From a virus (Duplodnaviria; Caudoviricetes), in IMG/VR virus record IMGVR_UViG_3300032291_000616, positions 1-55,601 of that record: a stretch of DNA of 55,601 nucleotides; one strand, written 5' to 3'. The notes under the pieces were generated by a model. That model saw nothing but the letters and a program-made list of their open reading frames with translations, had not been told where the DNA came from and made no database searches. The position numbers and the translations under genes are program-made. This document shows, piece after piece, positions 1-8,221 of the stretch (the first letter of the stretch is position 1; every line of letters begins with the position of its first letter).

Positions 1-123
1 AACTGCCGTGTTAAAGCCAAATGGACAAGTGCGGGTATGACCCTGAATTTGACCGCGAGAGACCTGCAACTCGAACGGTTCATATGCGCCTTGGCGCGAA
101 ATAGATGAAATTACGGTTGCCAT
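1..123 (-). CDS. N-terminal part of a conserved phage structural/hypothetical protein (runs off the window start)
   Basis: Manual translation: MATVISSISRQGAYEPFELQVSRGQIQGHTRTCPFGFNTAV, with GGAG upstream and open to position 1; probably the start of the gene whose C-terminal part is at 55143-55601. Confidence 0.7.
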   Translation of the reverse strand, partial: MATVISSISRQGAYEPFELQVSRGQIQGHTRTCPFGFNTAV

Positions 124-133
124 GTGGCTCTCC

Positions 134-165
134 AAAATAAATTAAAAGCGGGGGCCGAAGCCCCC
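134..165 (-). terminator. Intrinsic terminator
   Basis: Minus strand GGGGGC-TTCG-GCCCCC followed by GCTTTTAATTTATTTT, just downstream of the 389-aa gene. Confidence 0.75.
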
Positions 166-173
166 ACTCGTTT

Positions 174-1343
174 TCAACAACGACCACCGCGCTTTTTCGC
201 TGGTGTGACAGTTACAGACTCTTTGGTCTTGGTCACGCTTTCAGTAGGCTTTGCGGAAGGTGCCTTTGAGCCGAAGAGGTTCTTCACCCCTTCCATGAGA
301 CGCTTGGGCGCACCCAAGATTGACTCACGCATGGCCTCGTTCTCTGCCTTTTCGTTGGCATAGTGACGGTCATACGCGCCCTTGGACATATCCTCAACTT
401 CACCGCCCTTGGCCTTCTTCTGGTACTTGCTGTAGACCTCGTTGGACTGAGCCTTGGCCTGCTTCATCGCAGTGGCATTCTCAGACGCGAAGTTCTTCAT
501 CAAGCGACCTTGAGCAGGAGTCACGCTCCCACCCTTTTTGAAGGTGCCAGACAGTTGGTTGATGCTTACTGGGGTCGATGGCTTTTTACGGCCTTGAGGC
601 ATCGCGACGGGGCGACCTGAGTCAACAGTACCCCCCGCCGCGTAGGCTTTTTTTGGGGCACCGCCTTTTTTGTAGCCACCACCATTGCCGAGGGCCACAC
701 CGCCGGTCTTGTAACCGCCTGCGTTGCCTTCTTTCACGCCACCAGTAGTGCCGGACGTTTTGCCGGTGTACTCAGCGGTGTGCATCTTGGTGTTTTTGTA
801 GCCTTCGCCACCTTTGGCTGAAGCGGACTCAGGAATGATGCCGTTGCCAGTCAGACCGCCTTTGGCGTACTTCTTGACATCGCCACCCTTCTTGTAGCCA
901 CCACCGTTGCCCAACGCTACACCGCCAGTTTTGAGGCCTTTGTGGCCCTTGCTGGCAGGCTTAGATTCGTGAGACTTCAGTTCTTTTTCAAGACCCTTCA
1001 TCTTCGACATCTCTGCCTTGTGTTCTGCTTTGGACTCGCCGCCTTTTTTCATTGCGGGAGCGGCAGGCTTCGCGGCCATCGCCTTGCGACGAGCGGCCAT
1101 TGGAGGCTTGCCGGGTGACTTCACAGGTGCATTGACTGCGGGACGGCCCACCAAAGCGGGAGTGCCCATCAACGCGCCCATGGCGCTACCGCCATCGGCC
1201 ATCTTCTTGTGACCATGCTCGGACGTTTTACCGCCCTTCTTCATGTTCACATGACCGCCTTTTTTGAGTTTCAACTCAACGGTTGGCTCCGTGGTCATCA
1301 TTTTGACCATAGGTTTGAATTGGCCCATGACGTGCCTCCTCAA
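174..1343 (-). CDS. Lys/Gly-rich low-complexity protein with about 14 xxxGG motifs (possible capsid-internal, DNA-condensing protein)
   Basis: 389-aa ORF; repeated MKKGG/YKKGG/YAKGG; duplicated KTGGVALGNGGGYKKGG; last gene of the head cluster. Confidence 0.75.
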   Translation of the reverse strand: MRRHVMGQFKPMVKMMTTEPTVELKLKKGGHVNMKKGGKTSEHGHKKMADGGSAMGALMGTPALVGRPAVNAPVKSPGKPPMAARRKAMAAKPAAPAMKKGGESKAEHKAEMSKMKGLEKELKSHESKPASKGHKGLKTGGVALGNGGGYKKGGDVKKYAKGGLTGNGIIPESASAKGGEGYKNTKMHTAEYTGKTSGTTGGVKEGNAGGYKTGGVALGNGGGYKKGGAPKKAYAAGGTVDSGRPVAMPQGRKKPSTPVSINQLSGTFKKGGSVTPAQGRLMKNFASENATAMKQAKAQSNEVYSKYQKKAKGGEVEDMSKGAYDRHYANEKAENEAMRESILGAPKRLMEGVKNLFGSKAPSAKPTESVTKTKESVTVTPAKKRGGRC

Positions 1344-1789
1344 ACTTTCTGAGCATACACAACGGTCAGGCGGTAGATGCCCTGAGTTGTGCTGATCGTG
1401 CCGTTCGGATCGACAGTGATGACGACAGATTGGTTGGTACCAATGTCATCCATCGCCGCGCATTGAGCGGTGGTGAAAGAAAGTGCGATGCGACCGCCGC
1501 CAATGACGTCAGTGGCCGACAGATACTGAGTACCTGCGGCGGCTGTGCCAATGGTTGCATTGATAGCGGTTGCGGTGCCGCCACCCACTGATTCATCTTG
1601 GATGGTATCGAGGAAAAAGTCGATGATCTGAGAAGAAGCAGGGAGAGTCAGCGTCGCGCTTGTAGCAGTGCCTGCGGACGCAGTGGTGACAGTCGTGGTC
1701 TGGCTCACAACGACGAAACCGCCGTCGACTGAGTCAGTCAGCGTGTCACTACCTGTACGTAGGGTAGAACCGATATAAGTCTGGGACAT
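1340..1789 (-). CDS. Putative virion structural protein (head decoration-like)
   Basis: 149-aa Thr/Ala/Gly-rich beta-type ORF directly after the capsid gene; GGAG RBS. Confidence 0.65.
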   Translation of the reverse strand: MSQTYIGSTLRTGSDTLTDSVDGGFVVVSQTTTVTTASAGTATSATLTLPASSQIIDFFLDTIQDESVGGGTATAINATIGTAAAGTQYLSATDVIGGGRIALSFTTAQCAAMDDIGTNQSVVITVDPNGTISTTQGIYRLTVVYAQKV

Positions 1790-1805
1790 TTTGATCTCCT
1801 GTGAC

Positions 1806-1827
1806 GAGGGGAGCCGAAGCCCCCCTC
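1806..1827 (-). terminator. UUCG hairpin after major capsid gene (partial terminator or mRNA stabiliser)
   Basis: GAGGGGGGC-TTCG-GCTCCCCTC on minus strand; no clear U-tract. Confidence 0.5.
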
Positions 1828-1834
1828 TTGTGGT

Positions 1835-2749
1835 TTAGACGCCGGGGGTGCCGTACATTGCACGCCAGTCGGTGAAGCCAACGTCGTAACGCTCTGTCGC
1901 CTTGTAGCGCATAGAGTCAGTTTCGAAGTCGCCTTCCATGGTCTTCTCCAGTTTGCGGCGCATCAGGAGTTTCATGCCTTCAGGAGCGTCGGTCTGAACC
2001 CACCATGCAGTGCTGGAGGTCAAACGAGACAACACAGCGGCACCTTCGTCAAGCAAGCCGATAGACTTGATTGGGTTGATGTCGTTGTTGGCGTTGCCTG
2101 CACGCAGAACGCTCTTCAACAGAACTTCGGCTTGGAAGACGTTGCCGGGAGCAACCACCAATTGGCGGGGCACCAAACGAATCTTCTTGCCGTTGTTGTC
2201 CACAGCCTGACGAATCTGGATCAGCATCTGCTCGAGCGAAGTCTGAGACAGGTTCGCGGCAGTAGCCAACAGGTTCGAAGCAGTACCGTTCACGATGGGG
2301 TGGCTTGCACTGTTCAGTTGCACGCCGTCACCGCCGGGATAGGCGCTGTTAAAGGCACGGTTCAACACGTTTGCAGACAGGGTTTCCTTGGTCTCGATCA
2401 GGGACTGAGCGAGGTGGCGGGCATACACCTGACCGATACGGATGTGGTCGCCGTCTTCCACCAACACTTTGGTCAACGCGAAGGCCAAGCCATACACGTT
2501 GTACACATAGCGCTTGAGGAACAGCACGCCGCCTTGCTGATAGGAAACAGGAGTTCCATCAGGCAATTGAGGAGCGGCACCGAAACCGTACAGAACGGGT
2601 TCTTCGTGGTAGTTACGGGGAATGCCTTCTTGTTCACGGAAAACTCGTGACCATTCGTCGGTACGTTGGTCGTACACGCCGTCAAAGCATTCATTCAGGA
2701 TGGGTTCGACAATCGAGCGAAAGTCGGTACTACGCATTGGAGCGGCCAT
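1835..2749 (-). CDS. Major capsid protein (Mu gpT-like family, HK97 fold)
   Basis: 304 aa; GFGAAP..PDG..VSY, YGLAFALT, LVVAPG, MEGDFETDSMRYKATERY..GFTDWR motifs; position downstream of scaffold. Confidence 0.88.
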   Translation of the reverse strand: MAAPMRSTDFRSIVEPILNECFDGVYDQRTDEWSRVFREQEGIPRNYHEEPVLYGFGAAPQLPDGTPVSYQQGGVLFLKRYVYNVYGLAFALTKVLVEDGDHIRIGQVYARHLAQSLIETKETLSANVLNRAFNSAYPGGDGVQLNSASHPIVNGTASNLLATAANLSQTSLEQMLIQIRQAVDNNGKKIRLVPRQLVVAPGNVFQAEVLLKSVLRAGNANNDINPIKSIGLLDEGAAVLSRLTSSTAWWVQTDAPEGMKLLMRRKLEKTMEGDFETDSMRYKATERYDVGFTDWRAMYGTPGV

Positions 2750-2764
2750 GATTCACTCTCCTTT

Positions 2765-3337
2765 TTAGATGGCGTTCACGGACGCTTGGAACTGCGACTC
2801 GTTGATGGTTGCACGCACAATCGTGTACGCATCGCCCCAAGCATTGTCAGGGTACGGAGCAATGTCGACGATTCGCATCTGACCGCTGTTACCAGCGCCG
2901 ACGAGAGTCGAAGACAAAGTGGCTTGAGAAAGACCAGTCACATTCGAACCAGCAGTGGTGTTGCTGAGGTCAGCCTCATCACCGATGGCGGTTTGTGCCA
3001 CAGAGCCGTCAGCCTGAATTTCATACACGATCAAAGGATCGTTGTAGAAGTAGGCAACGCACGAACCAGTCTGGTAAGCCGTAGAGGCAGGCCAGTAATT
3101 CGATACGCGACGACGACCGGTGGTGTCGGTGAACTCAACACCAGCGAAAGCACCAACAAAGGCGTCGCCAGCGGCGGCGGGTTGAATAACGCCACCAGTG
3201 ACGTACTTCACCGGTTGGCCCTTGAGAATATCGGACGAGTAGCCCGAAGCGATACCGCCAGCAAGCGCCTGAGCGCGATCCAGACCCGAAGGGTGGAACG
3301 CAGGACGCATACCGAACGGAGCATTAGTAGAAGACAT
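2765..3337 (-). CDS. Capsid-associated (decoration/cement-like) protein
   Basis: 190 aa; NAPFGMRP start, G.F.GVEFTD, DP.IVYEIQADG; conserved position before the capsid gene. Confidence 0.7.
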   Translation of the reverse strand: MSSTNAPFGMRPAFHPSGLDRAQALAGGIASGYSSDILKGQPVKYVTGGVIQPAAAGDAFVGAFAGVEFTDTTGRRRVSNYWPASTAYQTGSCVAYFYNDPLIVYEIQADGSVAQTAIGDEADLSNTTAGSNVTGLSQATLSSTLVGAGNSGQMRIVDIAPYPDNAWGDAYTIVRATINESQFQASVNAI

Positions 3338-3367
3338 TGTCTTACTCCTTGTTTGGTTAAAAGTGCC

Positions 3368-3913
3368 TTACCCTTGGAATGAGGGCGCGGGCATTGGTTT
3401 GTCCATCAAATCCAGACCGTCACCTTCGACTTCACCCAGTTGGCGTCCCTTGCTATCACGACCGGTCATCCGCTCTGCTTGGACACGAATCTTGTTCGCC
3501 TCCTCAAGCGGTGCCTCATGGTGAAAATGAGCCATCACATCTTGGTACACATCCATAGGGATTTTGTACAGGTGCATCTCATTACACGCAATGAAACCAG
3601 CGTGTTCTCCAGCCTTTATGCGGTTACTTTCGAAGCCGGGAAGTTCATCCGCTTTCACGGGCACATACCCCAGTCGAATCCGCTTGTCAATGCTGTCGTA
3701 ACTGTTGGTTGTCGATAGCCAGCAAACGTGCCAACCCGGAATCTCCGGTACTTCTGGCAATGCTCTTTGCGTCCATTCGTCCTTCCACGCCCTGCGGCGT
3801 TCATCGGCGGACACGAAACTGTCTTCTGGGGCGGCACGCACTCGATCTTCAGAAGCGCGATTTTCCCGGCCACCAGCCGACAAAGATTTTTTCAAACGAG
3901 AATCCATTTTCAA
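3368..3913 (-). CDS. Conserved head-module hypothetical protein
   Basis: 181-aa ORF with PEIPGWHVCWLST and RLGYVPV; lies between scaffold and decoration genes. Confidence 0.7.
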   Translation of the reverse strand: MKMDSRLKKSLSAGGRENRASEDRVRAAPEDSFVSADERRRAWKDEWTQRALPEVPEIPGWHVCWLSTTNSYDSIDKRIRLGYVPVKADELPGFESNRIKAGEHAGFIACNEMHLYKIPMDVYQDVMAHFHHEAPLEEANKIRVQAERMTGRDSKGRQLGEVEGDGLDLMDKPMPAPSFQG

Positions 3914-3925
3914 TACTCCTTATGT

Positions 3926-4921
3926 TTAGCGTTGTGCATTACGTGCTTCGATGGCATAGCGACGAATCATCTTTGCCCTCTTCTCTGCGTCATCCCACAT
4001 TCCTGCATCTTTCATGGCCCTCACCTGTTCGGGTGATAGGGTGAAGGAATTTTTTCCTCCACTACTCGATGCACTTTCGCGGCCTGACCCAGTCACTGCA
4101 CTTCGCGGTCGAGAAGTACGAGTCGGTCTCTCTGTTGCATCTTCAGTATAACGGTGTGGCAAATACTTTTGCAAGCGATTGTCAAGTTCGTCCCAATAAT
4201 CACGAGTGCGGGGGTCATAACCCTCTTCACCCATGGCTTGGTCGATGGCAAGCGCTACCCGCGAGTCTGGGTCTTTGCCCTGCGGGTCATACCATTCGTT
4301 TTTGCCCATCCATTGGTTCGCCAGACGTTGCAATTGCGGGTCTGGTGCTTGGATAGTGCGTTGTTGGGGCTGTTGAGTCGCCTTTTTCTTCAAAGCGTCG
4401 AGTGCTTCGTACTGACGACGCGCCTCAAACCACATTTCTTGCGCTGAAGTGAGCAATTCACCGTTTCCAGACGCTGTTGCCTCTGCAATTTTCTGTTTTG
4501 CAAAGGCAATTCGTGCGCCTTGGTCTTCGATAGCCTTGTTCAGACGCGCAATGTCGCTTCCGTGGGACTTTCGCTCCAAAACAGACAGTCGTTCGAGCAA
4601 TTCTTGGTTCTGACGCTCGAGCAAAGTCAGTTTCACGTCCTTTTCAACGGAGACTTGCTTGTGGTACTCCTTGCGGGCACGGCGTTTTTGACGTTTTTGC
4701 TCCCGAAGACGCTCTGCATCGGGGTCAATCTCGCCACCAACGGCCATTTCACGCTGGCGCTGTGCCTCATCATCCTCATCAGACCCTACTTCATGGTCAT
4801 CATTGGCCCCAGCCTCGGGCGAGGGGATGCTTGCAGGCAATTCAACGACCGCAGACCCGTCTTGGGCCTCTTCGATCGAGATGATTTCCTGCTCTTGATT
4901 GGCTTGTTCTTTTTCGCTCAT
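3926..4921 (-). CDS. Putative capsid scaffolding protein
   Basis: 331 aa; acidic N-terminus, long coiled coil, W..KN.WY, C-terminal LSPEQV..MK..G helix pair. Confidence 0.7.
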   Translation of the reverse strand: MSEKEQANQEQEIISIEEAQDGSAVVELPASIPSPEAGANDDHEVGSDEDDEAQRQREMAVGGEIDPDAERLREQKRQKRRARKEYHKQVSVEKDVKLTLLERQNQELLERLSVLERKSHGSDIARLNKAIEDQGARIAFAKQKIAEATASGNGELLTSAQEMWFEARRQYEALDALKKKATQQPQQRTIQAPDPQLQRLANQWMGKNEWYDPQGKDPDSRVALAIDQAMGEEGYDPRTRDYWDELDNRLQKYLPHRYTEDATERPTRTSRPRSAVTGSGRESASSSGGKNSFTLSPEQVRAMKDAGMWDDAEKRAKMIRRYAIEARNAQR

Positions 4922-5343
4922 ACGAATGCCTTCATCTCAAGTGGATTTCCAGTGACTTTTGCGATGACTTCGTGGTCGTTGAGGATCATGAAGAGTGCTT
5001 TCTCTTCGTCATCACCGACTTCGACTTCCCAGCGGTCGCCACCCCATTTCGGAACGCGGATGTAATCCCCGATTTCGCACCACGAGCCTTCCGGCCATGG
5101 CTCCATCGTGTCCCGTTTCTTGAATGCGAGAGGGCCAATCTCGATGACTCGCGCCACCATGTTGTTCCACTTCTCGGTTTCTTTGGTCTCTTGTACCAAG
5201 ATGATTCCGGCACCCGTCACAGTTTGTTTTGTGCGGCGCAGTTGCACCAAAATTCGCCCACCAAGGGGCTTGGCACCGGGATCAACGCTCGGAAATGCCC
5301 AAGCAATCTCAGCGGCATTACCCGCTTCCGGTTTTTCACTCAT
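4918..5343 (-). CDS. groES: Co-chaperonin GroES-like protein
   Basis: KPLGGRILVQ...GAGIILV...ARVIEIGP...GDYI...ILNDHEVIAKV matches the Cpn10 pattern. Confidence 0.85.
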   Translation of the reverse strand: MSEKPEAGNAAEIAWAFPSVDPGAKPLGGRILVQLRRTKQTVTGAGIILVQETKETEKWNNMVARVIEIGPLAFKKRDTMEPWPEGSWCEIGDYIRVPKWGGDRWEVEVGDDEEKALFMILNDHEVIAKVTGNPLEMKAFV

Positions 5344-5518
5344 TGTCTTCTTCCTTTAGAAGTTGATTAAGGATGTCAAGGGATTCGTCAAGACCCTGAA
5401 GTTGTCCGACCAGCCTTTGATACGACTCGAAGTTGATGCAGTTGCCTGCGGCCAACGACTCAGCGATCTCGGCTCTACGCGCTTTTACAGCGCCGATGAA
5501 GTCGGAGACGTACCTCAT
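5336..5518 (-). CDS. Small helical hypothetical protein
   Basis: More likely start at MRYVSDF (ATG 5518, overlapping the upstream stop); FESYQRLVGQLQGL. Confidence 0.65.
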   Translation of the reverse strand: MRYVSDFIGAVKARRAEIAESLAAGNCINFESYQRLVGQLQGLDESLDILNQLLKEEDNE

Positions 5519-5694
5519 GCGTTCTTCTTGTCGACGCCCTTGTTCTGGGAGAAATTCCCATGGTCGCTGTTGGCTTTTGGTTGAGTCGCTTTTGATTCCT
5601 CTTTCATTTGTGATCCATTGATCCATGCACCAGTCGCGTTGCGGTGGTGTTGTTTGACTGCTTCAGACTGTTCGTCTTTCAAAGTGATAGCCAT
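5515..5694 (-). CDS. Hypothetical protein (59 aa, not in ORF track)
   Basis: Manual translation MAITLKDEQSEAVKQHH...KKNA; AGGAG RBS; fills the gap between portal and the next gene exactly. Confidence 0.6.
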   Translation of the reverse strand: MAITLKDEQSEAVKQHHRNATGAWINGSQMKEESKATQPKANSDHGNFSQNKGVDKKNA

Positions 5695-5695
5695 G

Positions 5696-8212
5696 TCATG
5701 CTCCTAAGTTACGTTGGGTTGCTTGGTTGAGTTGAATTGCAGTTTCAGACTGCTCCTTTTGCAATTTCGCTTCATCGACTGTCAGTTCGGCAGTCTTGAT
5801 GCGCTCTTGCGTGAGGTTGTTTTCAGCGTTCATCGCGATCTTGACCTGACGATCCATCTCTTTGTTCTGACCGTCTTGTTGCAGACGTGCAGTGTCGAGT
5901 TGGAGGTCGGCCTGATCCTTGGCGGCGCGACGCTGAGTTTCTGCGAGAGATGCCTGCAACACGGCCTGAGCCTCGCCATCCATAGGCGGTTGCTGTTGCA
6001 TGGACTTCTGCATCTGCATCATCATTTGCTGGAGTTGTTGCAGTGCAGGCACAACACCAGAGAACACCTCTTGCGTGTCCATCTTGACGTGGTCGGATGC
6101 AAGGGCCACGGCCTTGTCGATCTCCTTGACCAGTTTGCTGTCCTCGTACTTCTGGAACTGGATGTTGGTTCCACCTTGAACGTACGCAGACATCTGACTG
6201 GTGTACCAGAGCATCATGTGTTGCTTGATGTGTTCCATCACCTGCGGGATGTACTTCTGAGCCACGAGCGGGTTCGATCCCATCATTGGGTCTAGGGCGA
6301 AGTTCAAATGCGCTTGCAGGTGCGCCAAATGGTCTTGACGAGGGTATGCGAATGCAGGGCGTCCCAGTGCCATGGCGCTGTTCTCGTCTGCCGCATTCAT
6401 CTCGGCAGGCTTCATGGCGTTTGGCATCAGTTCGTTGACGTTGGGCACCTTGAGTTGCTTGAGCATCCGGCTGACAACGGCACGCTGGTCGAAAATCTGC
6501 GGGAACTCCTTGGACATCTGCATCACAGCCTGCATCTGGGCGATGCGCTGGGTCTCGCTGAAGATGTGCGGATCAGACACTGGCACCACGTCGCTGTTGC
6601 GCTTGAAGTCCTCGCGCTTGATCGGCAACTCGGCAACGATGTCACCCTTGCGTTGCTCGTCCAAATACCAGCGGTTGATGCGGGCCAGCACCTTGAGCAT
6701 TCGGCCTTGGCTGTCATGCAGGCGGGCATGGATGCTCGAGAACACTGCGGCACCCTGCTCGATCAGAGCCTGAGTGGTGCCCACAGGCGTGCCAGACTTG
6801 ACGTCAGCGATCTTTTCCTCGGCGGTGGTCACTACCCCCTTGGCGGCGTCCGTGAGCCAGCCCAAGAGGCGGAAAAGCACCTCGCTGGGTGGGTTGAACG
6901 GCATGGGCATCGCAACCTTGCGGATGTCGTCCACACCGGGCGCGGCTTCGACCTCGGTCACCTGAGTCACGTCAATGTTCTGGGACTGACCAGACATCTT
7001 CGCGCCCTTGAGTTTGATCATGGTGGCCGCGTTGTTGATGTGCGCGGTGTCCAGCAGGGCGCGTAAAGAGCCTGTTAGCGCGGCGGCAAGGCCACCGATC
7101 AGGTGAGGCAGGCCGATGGCATAAGCGCCACGCCATGGGATGAACTTGAACTCGATGATCCAGTCCAACTTGGTGAAGGTGTCGTCACCCTCTTCCCAGT
7201 TGCGGTACAAGCCCACGCACTTGTTGTCGAGGGCGTCGATCATCAGGATGTACGGGGCGCTCTCGCCCTTGCTGTGGTTGTCGTCGTCGAGGTTCAAGAA
7301 CGTGCTGACGTGGTACACGCGGCGCAGGCCGTCAGAACCGTCTTGGTACTGGCGACCCTCGATCTTGTCGTTGGCCTTCTCTGCGGCTGTTTGCTCAGGC
7401 TCAGAGGTGGCGCGGATGTAGGACACGTCGCGGTACAGGCCACGCTCGATGCGGTTCTGGAATTCCCAGTCAGTGATGTCTTGCTGTTCGGTCGCACGCT
7501 GTGCGGTGTAAAAGTTGGTCGCGGCGAACGGCAGGATGATGTTGTCGATCGGCACGAACTCAGCGCATGGGCGGCGCTTCTTCTCGTCGTACCAGAGTTT
7601 GAGGAACTGCGATCCACCCATAGGCAACTGCGTGAGCATCTGCTCCATCTCGTCGCGGAACTCCTCGACCTGCTCGGTCAACTGCCAGTTCATGTAGTCG
7701 CGCTTGCGCTCGGCCACCTCGGTCTTCTCGGGTGTGACCTCGCCCAGAATCTTGGTGCGGGTTGGGCCGTCTGGTGGGAACATCTCCTTCATGGCGCGGG
7801 ATGCGAAGTCCACGCACGCCTCAGCCATCACAGGGTGAACCACCTTCGATGCGCCTTGGAACGATGCACCACCGGGCGCGTCATGGCCCAGACCGGTACG
7901 CTTCAAGCCCTCTTCGTACTGCTTGTCGCGCTCCTTGCGGGCCTCCTTGTCCTTGTCGATCAGGTCAAGGTAGCGCAGGGTGATCTTCTCGAGGTCAAAC
8001 AGGTTGACCGTGTCGGCCATGTTGGCGTAGAAGTCCTCGTCCTCCTCGGGGCCGTCAAACTCGTTCATGACCACGCGGGCGGAGCCGTCGGCCAGTTCTT
8101 CGACCTCGGCGTCCTCGTCAGGCAGTTCGACTTCGAGGCCACCGTTGGGCGTCTCTTTCAATCCCTCGATGAAGCGATCGAACTCTGGGTCAATCGGAAA
8201 TTCTGTAGCCAT
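5696..8212 (-). CDS. Portal protein (P22-like podovirus type)
   Basis: 838 aa; FQGASKVVHPVMAEACVDF, DYMNWQL, YAIGLPHLIGGL, PVGTT.ALIEQG, VPVSDP.IFS; Gln-rich coiled-coil tail. Confidence 0.88.
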   Translation of the reverse strand: MATEFPIDPEFDRFIEGLKETPNGGLEVELPDEDAEVEELADGSARVVMNEFDGPEEDEDFYANMADTVNLFDLEKITLRYLDLIDKDKEARKERDKQYEEGLKRTGLGHDAPGGASFQGASKVVHPVMAEACVDFASRAMKEMFPPDGPTRTKILGEVTPEKTEVAERKRDYMNWQLTEQVEEFRDEMEQMLTQLPMGGSQFLKLWYDEKKRRPCAEFVPIDNIILPFAATNFYTAQRATEQQDITDWEFQNRIERGLYRDVSYIRATSEPEQTAAEKANDKIEGRQYQDGSDGLRRVYHVSTFLNLDDDNHSKGESAPYILMIDALDNKCVGLYRNWEEGDDTFTKLDWIIEFKFIPWRGAYAIGLPHLIGGLAAALTGSLRALLDTAHINNAATMIKLKGAKMSGQSQNIDVTQVTEVEAAPGVDDIRKVAMPMPFNPPSEVLFRLLGWLTDAAKGVVTTAEEKIADVKSGTPVGTTQALIEQGAAVFSSIHARLHDSQGRMLKVLARINRWYLDEQRKGDIVAELPIKREDFKRNSDVVPVSDPHIFSETQRIAQMQAVMQMSKEFPQIFDQRAVVSRMLKQLKVPNVNELMPNAMKPAEMNAADENSAMALGRPAFAYPRQDHLAHLQAHLNFALDPMMGSNPLVAQKYIPQVMEHIKQHMMLWYTSQMSAYVQGGTNIQFQKYEDSKLVKEIDKAVALASDHVKMDTQEVFSGVVPALQQLQQMMMQMQKSMQQQPPMDGEAQAVLQASLAETQRRAAKDQADLQLDTARLQQDGQNKEMDRQVKIAMNAENNLTQERIKTAELTVDEAKLQKEQSETAIQLNQATQRNLGA

Positions 8213-8221
8213 GGTCTGTCC

